64,000 nucleotides of DNA. It comes from a bacterium. GTDB taxonomy: Bacteria; Patescibacteriota; Minisyncoccia; Moranbacterales; GWC2-37-73. The translations under genes were made by a program, and so were the position numbers. Under the pieces are notes generated by a model. It was not told the origin of the DNA. It saw nothing but the letters and a program-made list of their open reading frames with translations, and did no database searches. The first letter of the stretch is position 1. Every line of letters begins with the position of its first letter. The stretch is from contig JBAXDL010000002.1 in the NCBI GenBank assembly GCA_037140955.1, positions 105,846 to 169,845 on the forward strand, written 5' to 3'. Below, in pieces: positions 30,389 to 43,445 of this stretch.

Positions 30389-30499
30389 GCAAAATACGCC
30401 AAATATTGACATATTTAACAAAAAATAGTGTAATATCAAACCTAAACGAAAAAAGAAAAAGCCACCTAATGAAATTTATTCACTAAGTGGCTTTTGGCC

Positions 30500-31447
30500 C
30501 TACTGACGAAAAAGTCTTTTTATTTTGTGCATAACAAGACCTCTAACTTCCCTTTCAAGCCTTATTATTTGCCAAGCCGGTATGCCAAATCTGCTTGAAA
30601 TCTTATCAACTGGAATCTTTTCGACCAAGCGATATCGTATTATTACTTGTTGATATAAACCAAATTCTTCAACCATAGCGCGCATCTTTTCATCATCCTT
30701 GTTAAATTCAAAATTGACACTTTTCTCATCACCAATGAAATCACCAAATTCCGTTCCATCATCACCAACATTGTTATTTAGTGAATTATTCTGCGTCAAA
30801 CTAATGTCCAACATTATTTCACGCAAATCGTCATGACTTAGTGACATTTTGTCACAAACAATTTCATCACTTGGAGTTTCGCCATGTTCTTGAACATAAA
30901 GATGCATTGCTTTGCGATATGCATTCAATTGTAACATGCGATGAACGGGCAGTCTTATGGTGTTTGACTTGTCATGAATTGCCCTTATTATTGATTGCTT
31001 TATCTGCCAAACAGCATAAGTTGAAAACATGAATCCACGTTTCCAATCAAAAAGCTCTACTGCCTTCAAAAGACCAATATTTCCCTCTTGAATAAGCTCC
31101 GAAAAATCCAGTCCGCGACCAATAAACCGCCGAGCAAATTTCACCACCAACAAAAGATTGCAGCAGGTCAGCATGTTTCTGGCTTCCATATCTCCATCAT
31201 CCTTGCGTTTTGCCAGTTCAACCACATCATCCCTGCTGAGCTTGGGATATCGCTTAATTTCCCTAATATACTTTAGGTGTATATCATCAGAAGCAAAATC
31301 AACATCTTCCTGTGCTACTTTTTCAGCAATCTCTTCTTTCCTGATTTCAAATTCCAACAATTCAAGTTCATGAATTGAGGGCTCAAGAACATCATTTGAC
31401 AAAAGATCTTCACCACCAGAAACATCCAACTCAGCCATGTCATGCAT
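30500..31447 (-). CDS. Divergent RpoD/RpoS-like sigma70 factor
   Basis: Region 1.2 YIREIKRYPKLS; region 2 NLLLVVKFARRF.GRGL.FSELIQEGNIGLLKAVE.FD..RG..FSTYA; TIRLPVH; GGAGGT SD; terminator at 30457-30495. Confidence 0.85.
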   Translation of the reverse strand: MHDMAELDVSGGEDLLSNDVLEPSIHELELLEFEIRKEEIAEKVAQEDVDFASDDIHLKYIREIKRYPKLSRDDVVELAKRKDDGDMEARNMLTCCNLLLVVKFARRFIGRGLDFSELIQEGNIGLLKAVELFDWKRGFMFSTYAVWQIKQSIIRAIHDKSNTIRLPVHRMLQLNAYRKAMHLYVQEHGETPSDEIVCDKMSLSHDDLREIMLDISLTQNNSLNNNVGDDGTEFGDFIGDEKSVNFEFNKDDEKMRAMVEEFGLYQQVIIRYRLVEKIPVDKISSRFGIPAWQIIRLEREVRGLVMHKIKRLFRQ

Positions 31448-31620
31448 AGCACACCTCCCAATGTGATTTTATGTTAATTTAATATGTTAACGAGCGAAAT
31501 TGAATTCTGCCACAAAAAACAAAATATTGCAAACCAATCAAATTGACTTTTGTCTTGATATTTGAAATAATACTACTTCAGCCAAGCTGAAATATTCTTT
31601 AACAACAAGGAGGTTATACA

Positions 31621-31947
31621 ATGAAGAGCACCAAGGAAATGGAAAATTTGGTGGCACTTGTTTATTCACCAAAGCACAGCTCATATCCAGAGGTAATGGC
31701 AGCATCAGACATTCCAGAGCTAGAAATAGACCTCGAGAAAGGAACATGGGCGCATGTAACAACATGGTCAAGCTCACAAGAAAAGCAGCCCAAAAAGATT
31801 GGTGAATACAACTATTTCATGAAGGACAGGAGCAGCGGTGTTATTGGGGTTTATGATCAAACAAATAGCAAGCACCTAACCTCCATGGTTCGAGATTGGC
31901 ATGATACGCTAGAAGCAAAAAATACAAATTGGAATTTCGTAGATTAA
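31621..31947 (+). CDS. Hypothetical protein (108 aa)
   Basis: AAGGAGG SD; TTGACT-17-AATAAT promoter near 31543. Confidence 0.6.
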   Translation: MKSTKEMENLVALVYSPKHSSYPEVMAASDIPELEIDLEKGTWAHVTTWSSSQEKQPKKIGEYNYFMKDRSSGVIGVYDQTNSKHLTSMVRDWHDTLEAKNTNWNFVD

Positions 31948-31976
31948 AAACAAAAAAGAAGGAGTGGGGGTGCGCT

Positions 31977-32186
31977 ATGGTCGTAAAAACTATCCTATCA
32001 GGAGAAGAAAGGCTGACGCAGTCAAATTATCAAATTCAATTACTTGAAAAAGCCATTGAGAATCTGCGTGACTTCAACATTGGTGCAACACTAGTGCTTG
32101 ATTCTGGTCAAAGAATAACCATCAGCAAGGTCTTGGAAGGTAGCGATTATTCGACCAGACTACTCTCCGTAACAATCCAAAATTAA
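31977..32186 (+). CDS. Hypothetical protein (69 aa)
   Basis: Purine-rich SD-like leader; terminator at 32191-32226. Confidence 0.5.
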   Translation: MVVKTILSGEERLTQSNYQIQLLEKAIENLRDFNIGATLVLDSGQRITISKVLEGSDYSTRLLSVTIQN

Positions 32187-32246
32187 ACAAAAAAGCCGCT
32201 AGCGAAAAAATTCGCAGCGGCTTTTGTTTTTGCCAGAAGGTGGCAA

Positions 32247-33014
32247 TTATTTTTTTGATGAATCATCATTAATCATTTTGAAAGCTTCTTGCACTGTGCC
32301 CATGAATTGTGCCGGGAAAATGATGGTAGAATTCTTTTCTACTGAAATTTCTGCCATTGTTTGTAAAGTTCGAAGTTGAAGTGCAACTGGATGAGATGAA
32401 ATGATGTCAGCAGCTTCTCCCAATTTGATTGCCGCTTGAAATTCTCCATCAGCCGCAATAATCTTGGCACGCTTTTCTCTTTCTGCCTCAGCCTCCTTGG
32501 CCATTGCGCGCTGCATGTTGTCTGGAAGTGCAATGTCTTTGATTTCAACTGCTGTCACCTCAGCTCCCCATGGCTCAGTGTGCTGATCAATCACGCTTTT
32601 TATTTGAGCATTAATGTCTACTGTTTGTGAAAGAAGCTGATCAAGATTAAATTGTCCAACCACATTTCGCACTGTTGTTTGAGAAATTTGATTCACCGCC
32701 TTATACACATCCTCAATTGCAACCACAGATTTCATCGGATCCATCACGTGATAATATGCTACAGCAGCAATATCAATGGAAACATTGTCTTTGGTGATTA
32801 TTCTTTGAGATGGAATGTCCATGGTCACAGTTCGAAGAACAACTTTGGTCATTTTTTCTAGAATTGGAATCAAGATGATCAGACCTGGTCCACGCACGCC
32901 AGTCGCTTTTCCAAGGAAAAAAATAACACCTCTTTCATATTCCTTCAAAACTCGCAGCGAAGTTGCTAGAAAAAAGATCAAGATAATAATAAGCGGCATG
33001 ATTAGTGCTTCCAT
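32247..33014 (-). CDS. SPFH/band 7 (slipin/stomatin) family protein
   Basis: [47 protein letters not shown]. Confidence 0.93.
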   Translation of the reverse strand: MEALIMPLIIILIFFLATSLRVLKEYERGVIFFLGKATGVRGPGLIILIPILEKMTKVVLRTVTMDIPSQRIITKDNVSIDIAAVAYYHVMDPMKSVVAIEDVYKAVNQISQTTVRNVVGQFNLDQLLSQTVDINAQIKSVIDQHTEPWGAEVTAVEIKDIALPDNMQRAMAKEAEAEREKRAKIIAADGEFQAAIKLGEAADIISSHPVALQLRTLQTMAEISVEKNSTIIFPAQFMGTVQEAFKMINDDSSKK

Positions 33015-33094
33015 ATTTTTTTAGTTTTTTAATTTAATTAACTCTAATATAATACTACTCTTATTTGGGAGATATTTCAAATAATAACAACGAC

Positions 33095-33204
33095 AATATT
33101 GTGAGCATGCTTTTTATTTTTTCACTAGAAATAAGTCACATTGGAGTCAAATAAAGAAGTTGCAATTATTTCTCCGTGAAAAAATAAAAAGCATGCGAAC
33201 ATTC
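33095..33204. repeat. Long palindromic element with GTGAG/CGAA ends (R2-related)
   Basis: gcatgctttttattttttcac / gtgaaaaaataaaaagcatgc perfect 21-bp stem. Confidence 0.75.
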
Positions 33205-33214
33205 ATCTGATAGA

Positions 33215-34051
33215 TCAAATTTGAAGAATTTTTTTTGCATTTTGAAAAGTTTTTTCAGCCACTTCTTCCAAGGTCACACCTTTCACGTCTGCAATTTTTT
33301 GTGCAACTTCTTTGACAAAAAGCGGTTCATTACGCGGGCCTTTTTCAAGTGGACGTGGAGTCAAATATGGACAATCAGTTTCAATCACAAAATTTTCCAA
33401 ATCAATTTCACGAATCAAGCGATCATAACCATCACCATAAGTAATAATCCCATTAAGTCCCAACTTATATCCAAGAGCAATAAACTTGTTGGCAGTTTTG
33501 TATGATCCAATAAAACTATGCAAAATGCCTTTTTTGCTGACCGGGTTTTTTTCTAAAATTTCCAACAAGTCGTCATAGCCATCCCAACAGTGCAACATCA
33601 CAGGCTTTTGTACTTCATTTGCCAATGCAATGAACTTTGACAATGTTTCTTTTTGCAAATTTTTCAAAAATTCAACATCATCACCTTCTTCAAAATGATG
33701 ATAATCCAAACCGATCTCACCAATTGCCAAAACTTTTTCATCACGTGCCAATTCAAGATATTTTTCATGTTCAAAAACCTCTCCCACCGTTGGAATTTCC
33801 TCCTTGGTCAATTCTTCTGGATCAACATGTGTGAAACTTCCCTTTTTCAAATGTACAGGATGAATTCCAACTGCCGCCCAAATTCCAGTTTCGAATTTGC
33901 TGGCATATTCAACGGCGCGCTTGCTGGTGGAATATTGCGAACCAACATTAACGACATTCATGCCAGCCTCAAGACAGCGACGAAGAACATCCCCGCCATC
34001 TTCTTTGTATGCATTAAAATTTACATGCGCATGGGTATCGAATAATTGCAT
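33215..34051 (-). CDS. tatD: TatD family nuclease
   Basis: DTHAH, GIHP, AIGEIGLDY, IETDCPYL, RNEP. Confidence 0.93.
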   Translation of the reverse strand: MQLFDTHAHVNFNAYKEDGGDVLRRCLEAGMNVVNVGSQYSTSKRAVEYASKFETGIWAAVGIHPVHLKKGSFTHVDPEELTKEEIPTVGEVFEHEKYLELARDEKVLAIGEIGLDYHHFEEGDDVEFLKNLQKETLSKFIALANEVQKPVMLHCWDGYDDLLEILEKNPVSKKGILHSFIGSYKTANKFIALGYKLGLNGIITYGDGYDRLIREIDLENFVIETDCPYLTPRPLEKGPRNEPLFVKEVAQKIADVKGVTLEEVAEKTFQNAKKILQI

Positions 34052-34057
34052 AGTCGG

Positions 34058-34135
34058 TCAAAAGCTAAAAGTCAAAAGTCTATCAAGCAAATGCATCAAG
34101 CTTTTGACTTTATGGACTTTATAGACTTTATGACG
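34058..34135. repeat. Short-unit inverted repeat block (R3-like)
   Basis: aaagcta-aaagtca-aaagtct mirrored by gacttta units. Confidence 0.6.
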
Positions 34136-34140
34136 TTTTA

Positions 34141-35577
34141 TTATTTTATTCTTTGAAAAAGTGGCTGCACAATTCTTGTTTCAAGTGCAAGTTTTATTTT
34201 CTCGGAAGTTTCTGGCATAAAAGGAAGCAAGAGAGTTGCAATAATCTCCAAATCTAAAAGCAATTTCTGCATCACTTCTTTGAATTTTTCTTCATCATTT
34301 TTTGCCAACTCCCAAGGTTTATTATCCTCAATAAACTTGTTTGATTCCTTGACCAGTCCATTGATATATTCCAATGCACCATCGAAGTTGAATTCATTTA
34401 TGAAATTTAAAATTTTATCATTGGAAATTGATTGGGAATTGGAAATTGGAAATTGGAAATTATCTTGTGAAGCGAGTTTGATAACTCGCGAAACAAGATT
34501 CCCCAAACCATTTGCCAAATCAGCGTTGAATTTTTCGCTCATGCGTTCCATTGTCAAATCCAAATCATCTCCAAATGTTCCACCAGAGAGCAAAAGATAG
34601 CGCGTGCCATCCACTCCGAATTTTTCAAGCATTTGGTCGATGCCAATCACGTTGCCAAGAGTTTTGCTCATTTTTTTGCCACCAGAAAGAATGTGCCCAT
34701 GAATAAAAAAACTTTTAGGAAGATCGATTTCCAAATTCAAAAGAGTGGCAGCCCAAATTGTGCCATGCACACGTAAAATGTCCTTACCGAGCATTTGAAC
34801 ATCAGCGGGCCAAAACTTCAGCTTTTTGCTTTTAGCTTTTAGCTTTTCAGTTTCTCCATCCCAAACAAGACCGGTTATATAATTCAAAAATGCATCAATC
34901 CAAACATAGGTCGTGTGCTGCGAGTCAAAAGGAAGTGGAATTCCCCATTTCAAATTTTTGCGTGAAATTGAGACGTCTTCCAATTTTTCATTTTCCAAAA
35001 ATGACAAAATTTCTTTTTTGTATCGCTCTGGTTGAATTTTAAATTCATCTGATTTTATTCTGGAAATCAAAGTTTCCTGCCATTTGTTCATCTTCATCAA
35101 ATAACACTCTTCTTCCATCTCTTCTGGGGCAGCATTATGATCAGGACATTTTCCATCTACCAATTCATTTTCACTTTTGAATTGTTCACATCCAACGCAA
35201 TAAAGTCCCTTGTATGATCCCTTATAAATCGAACCATTGTCATGCAAAGTTTGCAAAACTTTTTGTACAGCCAACTTGTGAGCAGGCATTGTGGTGCGAA
35301 TGAAGCCATCATTGCTGATATTCAATGCTCGCCAAAGATCTTGAAAAATTTGTGCAAACCCATCCACGAATTTTTGAGGCTCAATCCCATCTTCCTTTGC
35401 CTTCTTTTCAATCTTGGCACCATGCTCATCAGTTCCAGTTAGAAAAAAGGTTTCCTTGCCCTGCAAACGATTGGCGCGCGCCAAAACATCACAAGCAATG
35501 GTGGTGTAGGCGTGGCCTATGTGCGGCTTGGCATTGGTATAATATATCGGCGTTGTAATGTAAAATTTATCTTTCAT
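34141..35577 (-). CDS. metG: Methionyl-tRNA synthetase (short form)
   Basis: YITTPIYY..PHIGH, GTDEHG, YVWIDA, KMSKTLGN, NADLANGLGNL. Confidence 0.97.
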   Translation of the reverse strand: MKDKFYITTPIYYTNAKPHIGHAYTTIACDVLARANRLQGKETFFLTGTDEHGAKIEKKAKEDGIEPQKFVDGFAQIFQDLWRALNISNDGFIRTTMPAHKLAVQKVLQTLHDNGSIYKGSYKGLYCVGCEQFKSENELVDGKCPDHNAAPEEMEEECYLMKMNKWQETLISRIKSDEFKIQPERYKKEILSFLENEKLEDVSISRKNLKWGIPLPFDSQHTTYVWIDAFLNYITGLVWDGETEKLKAKSKKLKFWPADVQMLGKDILRVHGTIWAATLLNLEIDLPKSFFIHGHILSGGKKMSKTLGNVIGIDQMLEKFGVDGTRYLLLSGGTFGDDLDLTMERMSEKFNADLANGLGNLVSRVIKLASQDNFQFPISNSQSISNDKILNFINEFNFDGALEYINGLVKESNKFIEDNKPWELAKNDEEKFKEVMQKLLLDLEIIATLLLPFMPETSEKIKLALETRIVQPLFQRIK

Positions 35578-35580
35578 GTT

Positions 35581-36903
35581 TTATAGTAAGCTCTTGTAAT
35601 TATCAGCCCAATAGAGAATTCCATTGATATATGGAGCATAGCATGTTCCAAGATATGAGCAAGCGGCAGATTTCATGGCTGAGGTTTTGCCAGCAGTCAC
35701 GCCCGGCACGCGTCCAAGCTTGAGTGCCATAGCCATCACACCATCTCCCAAATCCCAAGGGCTGGCAGGATGATTGCCAGTGATTGAGGAAACTTGAGAT
35801 TTGTATGCATTCCAAGTGTCAGGCATGAACTGCGCCACACCCATAGCACCACCAGTTCCAGTATACCCCTTTGGATTGCAAGAAACTTTTTGTTTTTGAT
35901 AGTCCAAGCCAAGTTCTTTTGTGATGCCTTTAAATGTTTCACGTCTGCCAAGAAAAGTGTTCCAGGCTGTTTTTCCAAGCTTACCTGATTTATAGGAAGC
36001 CTCTGCACCACTTTCTACTTGACCATAGGTACAACCTCCCACATTGGCACCAAGATTTGTTTCCATCTTGAGAACTCCAATCAAGAATCCTTTTGGCACA
36101 TCTGTTTTGCTACTTGCAAAATCAACAGCATCCATGATGTTTTTGGCACTATATGATTTTCCAAGCAAAGTGTTCAAATCTCCTTGCAATTGAGAGAGTT
36201 CCTTTTTGAGCTTATCAATTGTTTTTTGATTGTCAGCCAATGTTTTTTGTGTGTCAATTTGATCAGCCACCAAGCCCTGCTTTTGATCGACTTTGGTGTC
36301 CAAAATTTCCTCATGCTGTTGTTTCACTTCAGCAAGCTGAATCTTGTCTTGCTCGACTTGAGATTTTGTCTCAACAATTTGCTGCGAAACATTTTTGATT
36401 TTGTCTTCAATCGTCAAAAGATGATCAGTATCGGAAAAAATCTCTGTCAAGCTACTGCTAGTCAGCACAACATTTAAAATTGGTTGCCCCTGATTATAAT
36501 ACATCTGCTGCAAAAGTCCACGCAGCATGCTTTTTTGCAATTGAATTTTGTTGTTCAAATTAATGACTTCTGCTTCTTTGCGTGAAATATCTTCAACAGT
36601 ATTTTTAATTACAGTCTGAGTTTTGCTAATATCTTTTTGCACCACTGAAACTGACTGCTTGATTTGACCAAGGTTTTTGTTGAGTGTTGCATCAAGTTTG
36701 AGTTTTTTCTCAAGCTGCTTTTGCACATCTGAGATATTTCCTTGTGTGTCTTTAATAGCACCTTGATCAGGACCCTGAGAAACAACATCAGCAGCCTTTA
36801 CGCTCAGATTAAAATCCTGCCAAAAAGAAACTTGCCCTGCAACAAAAACAGGCACAACCAAAGCGAAAACTAAAATTAATTTGAAATTTTTATATTTATT
36901 CAT
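35581..36903 (-). CDS. Secreted coiled-coil protein with C-terminal lytic transglycosylase-like domain
   Basis: Signal peptide, PcsB/CwlO-like coiled coil, METNLG catalytic Glu, GAMGVAQFMPDTW. Confidence 0.8.
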   Translation of the reverse strand: MNKYKNFKLILVFALVVPVFVAGQVSFWQDFNLSVKAADVVSQGPDQGAIKDTQGNISDVQKQLEKKLKLDATLNKNLGQIKQSVSVVQKDISKTQTVIKNTVEDISRKEAEVINLNNKIQLQKSMLRGLLQQMYYNQGQPILNVVLTSSSLTEIFSDTDHLLTIEDKIKNVSQQIVETKSQVEQDKIQLAEVKQQHEEILDTKVDQKQGLVADQIDTQKTLADNQKTIDKLKKELSQLQGDLNTLLGKSYSAKNIMDAVDFASSKTDVPKGFLIGVLKMETNLGANVGGCTYGQVESGAEASYKSGKLGKTAWNTFLGRRETFKGITKELGLDYQKQKVSCNPKGYTGTGGAMGVAQFMPDTWNAYKSQVSSITGNHPASPWDLGDGVMAMALKLGRVPGVTAGKTSAMKSAACSYLGTCYAPYINGILYWADNYKSLL

Positions 36904-36974
36904 GGTCTTATTATAACATCAAAACAGCAACAGGCAAGGAGTTGAAGATGCATACTCATGCAAATCTTAAAAAC

Positions 36975-37003
36975 AAAAAAGTGGAGACAAATTCTCCACT
37001 TTT
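36975..37003 (-). terminator. rplY terminator
   Basis: aaaaagtggag-acaaatt-ctccacttttt. Confidence 0.7.
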
Positions 37004-37030
37004 TCAAAAACTATTTGTAAAACAATTTTA

Positions 37031-37687
37031 TTATTTTTTTGCATCAGCAGCAGGAGCTTCTTTCACCACTCCAGCAACTTTGGAAACATCTTCTTCAACC
37101 TTACTATTAAGATCAGCCAATGATTCCTCTGAGCGTGGTGCGCTTACCAAAGCAATAACAGTTTCTCCGTCTAGCAAAATTTCAATCTTGTCAGAAATTT
37201 TCAAATCTTTCACAGCAATAACATCATCAAAGGTTGCAAGAGTTGAAATGTCAATCACATATTTTTCTGGGAGATCAGCAGGCAAACACTTCACAGAGAT
37301 TTCATCAATGCTTTTGATCAAAACACCACCAAGAGCTTTCACAGCAGGAGCTTCACCAACAAATTCCAATGGAATTTCAGTTTCAACTTCTTCTTTCATG
37401 TTTACTTGGAAAAAATCAATATGCGTCACCTTTCCACTCATTGGAGCCAATTGAATGTCGTGGATCAAAACATTAAGCTTCTTTCCTTCCACTTCAAGAA
37501 CAACCAAAGCGCTTTCACCAGCCTTAGAGTATACCTTTTTGAATTCATTATAAGCAACAGCAATGTTTTGCGCTGCAATTTTGTTTCCATACATTACTGC
37601 AGGAATCAAATCTTGTTTGCGAAGATTTTTAGCTTTTTTTCCAATTTCTGTTCTTATTGTTGCTTTAAGTGCGATAACATTACTCAT
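37031..37687 (-). CDS. rplY: 50S ribosomal protein L25 (CTC/TL5 type)
   Basis: LR...IPAVMYG, HIDF, GEAPAVK..GG, CLPADLPE; start taken at MSNVI. Confidence 0.95.
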   Translation of the reverse strand: MSNVIALKATIRTEIGKKAKNLRKQDLIPAVMYGNKIAAQNIAVAYNEFKKVYSKAGESALVVLEVEGKKLNVLIHDIQLAPMSGKVTHIDFFQVNMKEEVETEIPLEFVGEAPAVKALGGVLIKSIDEISVKCLPADLPEKYVIDISTLATFDDVIAVKDLKISDKIEILLDGETVIALVSAPRSEESLADLNSKVEEDVSKVAGVVKEAPAADAKK

Positions 37688-37712
37688 TTGATTGTTGAAC
37701 GATAAGCATGTA

Positions 37713-37771
37713 ACAGGATCATCGGGGCAGCCAGCAGTAAATGGCGCTGCTAAGCTTCCTACTCTCTCCAT
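37713..37771 (-). promoter_or_regulatory. Candidate L25 ribosomal leader mimicking 5S rRNA loop E
   Basis: GAGAGUAGG-hairpin-CCGAUGAUC, ~30 nt upstream of the start codon. Confidence 0.6.
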
Positions 37772-37872
37772 TTCACATTATCCGTCCTTTATTTAGGCCC
37801 TTATTAACTCCAAATAGAATAGCAAGAATAAGGGTTTTTGTCAATAATTTAACCTTTTTAATGATTCCTCGA

Positions 37873-38988
37873 TCAATACCCATAATCATGCGAAAGGGTG
37901 GTTTCTCTTCTGGAATTAATGCTGCTCAAAATTCCAATACTGGCCATCACTACAATCAAAGAACTTCCGCCATATGAAAGAAGTGGGAGTGGAATTCCAG
38001 TGACCGGCATGATGCCAATGTTCATGCCGATGTTTTCCCAAACTTGCACAAAAAACATCAAAGCAATTCCAACCGCCACCAAAAAACCAAAGTTGTCAGG
38101 CGCGCTCAAAGCAATGATCCGAATTCGATAAAAAATAATCCCATAAAGAGTAATAACAAACAGCGAACCAATCAAGCCAAGTTCTTCTGCAATGGAGGCA
38201 AAAATAAAATCAGTGTGTTTTTCGGGCAAAAAATTGAGCTGCGATTGTGAACCATGCCCAATTCCCTTGCCCATGATTCCACCAGAACCAACCGCAATCA
38301 TAGACTGAATAACATTATATCCACTTCCGCGAGGATCAATCACACCAGGTTTTACCAAACTCAAAACTCTGTCTTTTTGATATGGCTGCAAGCGAAACCA
38401 ACCAGCAAAAGAAATCACAAGACCAGCCACCACAATCAAGATTATTTTCTTGGCACTGATGCCAGAAACCAATGTCATGCCAATCCATATTCCAACCAAG
38501 ACCATGGCACTTCCAAAATCAGGCTGCTTTATGACCAACAAAATCATGATGCCACAAAGAATCAACGAGGCAATCAAGCGCCCTGTTTCACCCAATTCCA
38601 TTTTTTTTTGAGAAATAAAACTGGCCAAAAAAATAATCAAAGAAAGTTTTGCTATTTCCACTGGTTGAATATGAAAAGAACCAATGCCAATCCAACCAGC
38701 TGTTCCACGAATATTTTTGCCAAAAATCAAAACCAAAAACAAAATAAGCAGCGTCAAAAAATATATTGGTGTGCTTTGTGATTTGAAATTTTGATAGTTG
38801 TTGGTGGCAAAAAAAATCATCGCAACAAACCCGATGCCAGCAAAAATCATTTGTCGCCAAAAAATAGACAAACTGTTTCCACCAGCAGATGCCATTGAAA
38901 TGCTATATAAAACTGCCAAACCAACTCCGAGCAGCAGCATTGCACAAAGCAGCAAAATCCAGTCTATTTTGAAAATCTTACGAATCAT
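37873..38988 (-). CDS. rodA: Rod shape-determining SEDS glycosyltransferase RodA
   Basis: IQPVEIAK, QPDFGSA, YQKDR, FLPEKHTDFIF, PVTGIPLPLLSYGGSS. Confidence 0.93.
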   Translation of the reverse strand: MIRKIFKIDWILLLCAMLLLGVGLAVLYSISMASAGGNSLSIFWRQMIFAGIGFVAMIFFATNNYQNFKSQSTPIYFLTLLILFLVLIFGKNIRGTAGWIGIGSFHIQPVEIAKLSLIIFLASFISQKKMELGETGRLIASLILCGIMILLVIKQPDFGSAMVLVGIWIGMTLVSGISAKKIILIVVAGLVISFAGWFRLQPYQKDRVLSLVKPGVIDPRGSGYNVIQSMIAVGSGGIMGKGIGHGSQSQLNFLPEKHTDFIFASIAEELGLIGSLFVITLYGIIFYRIRIIALSAPDNFGFLVAVGIALMFFVQVWENIGMNIGIMPVTGIPLPLLSYGGSSLIVVMASIGILSSINSRRETTLSHDYGY

Positions 38989-39060
38989 TTTTTGTTTATT
39001 TAGAACCTATACGATTAACACAATATCTGCATGAAATTTAGCAAGCAAAATACCAGTTTT

Positions 39061-39858
39061 TTACATAGAAGAAAGATTTTCAACATCAAACACATTTGAT
39101 TGTGGATCTATTTCAATGTTTGCAACTGGCGCTGACAAGGCATAGGGCCAAACAAGATTAAAATCGCGTTGCTCCTTTTGACGAACTGAATTTATTTCTG
39201 TCTTATTTATTCCAATAATTGCGTTTTCCTTGCTGCGCAAAACAACAGTCACATATATTTTTTTCAAATACAGTCCACTTTCATTGCGAATCACCGCATC
39301 AGCTTGAGTTGAAGCAACATTAACCTCTTTCACGTTTTTGTTATATACTCCCAATTGAGGCTTCCCCATTTCGGTTAATTTTTCCCAAGAAATATCATCC
39401 AAAACAAAATCAACACTAGAGGGCACAACGTCATTTTCTGTTTTGAGTCCAAGCTCTGGGATATAGCGTGTGTCCGAAGGAAGAATAAAGGTTTTTCCCT
39501 GCTTGGTTGCTAGCACTTTTCCTTCAGCATCTTTCAACGTGAAAGTATATCCGAATTCTTTGCTACCCATGACTTCATTTGGATTTGATATTTTGGCGAT
39601 AACGTCATATGTTTGATTGCCGCCAATTGCAACTGCAACCTCTTTTATTTCAAGGTCCTTTGTTTGCACAATTTCTTTGCAAGGAGCGCAAACACCACCA
39701 CAATCAACACCCTTTTCTGATTGATTTTGCTTTCCATCGCTGCAAGTTGCAGATGGGGCTATCAAATAATTCAAAAAATATCCCGTAGCTGCAAAAATAA
39801 GTAAAAATATTATAAGGATTATGATTCTTTTTCTGGTTCTTAATTTTGGATCTTCCAT
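39061..39858 (-). CDS. Membrane-anchored hypothetical protein with Cys-rich motif and Ig-like domains
   Basis: N-terminal TM; CSDGKQNQSEKGVDCGGVCAPC. Confidence 0.7.
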   Translation of the reverse strand: MEDPKLRTRKRIIILIIFLLIFAATGYFLNYLIAPSATCSDGKQNQSEKGVDCGGVCAPCKEIVQTKDLEIKEVAVAIGGNQTYDVIAKISNPNEVMGSKEFGYTFTLKDAEGKVLATKQGKTFILPSDTRYIPELGLKTENDVVPSSVDFVLDDISWEKLTEMGKPQLGVYNKNVKEVNVASTQADAVIRNESGLYLKKIYVTVVLRSKENAIIGINKTEINSVRQKEQRDFNLVWPYALSAPVANIEIDPQSNVFDVENLSSM

Positions 39859-40163
39859 TTTTATTTATTGTCACACAAAGAGCGCTGGCAATTGCTCACC
39901 TGGCTCAAAATGACATTTAAGTTATATTTTCCTTGCTTAATAATACATTTTTTCCAACAAAAAAACAAGTCCAGCACTGAACTTTTTATCATTTTCTCAT
40001 TAAAAAATTCTTCCCATGAAGCAGCAATAATCGAATCAAAAAATAATGTCAGTTTGATAATATAAAAAGTTAGTGCAAGGATAAACTTATTAAATTTCCA
40101 TTTCTGCAAAACAAAAAACAAGCCTTTTTCAGGTTTGTATTGTTAAAGTTTTTTGAGAACAGG

Positions 40164-40273
40164 ATTCTGGCGACGACCTACTCTCCCTCATGGAGGTACC
40201 ATCGGCGCTGACTGTCTTAACGGCTCTGTTCGGGATGGGAAGAGGTGTAACCCAGTCGCACGAGTCACCAGAA
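40164..40273 (-). rRNA. rrf: 5S rRNA
   Basis: Minus strand has CCCAUCCCGAAC, GCGCCGAUGGUAC and GGGAGAGUAGGUCGUCGCCAG. Confidence 0.95.
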
Positions 40274-40378
40274 TTCTGGTCTCAAAAAATTGCCATTGGT
40301 CTTTTCGTCTAATTTTGTAGAGTTGTTCAAATTTGCTATGTGGCAATTAAGTAACTCTTAACTGCTAACCATAAAAAT

Positions 40379-43445
<3,067 letters not shown>

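Noticed and set aside
30406-30434. Orphan + strand promoter TTGACA-17-TGTAAT facing the sigma gene 3' end
   Set aside because: No ORF follows, a terminator lies just downstream, and such matches are common in AT-rich DNA.
37688-37771. N-terminal extension of L25 given in the ORF track
   Set aside because: Homology starts at MSNVI; the region is better explained as an RNA leader.
39862-39925. Possible riboswitch upstream of the 265-aa gene
   Set aside because: Only a weak hairpin; I could not match it to a known aptamer.
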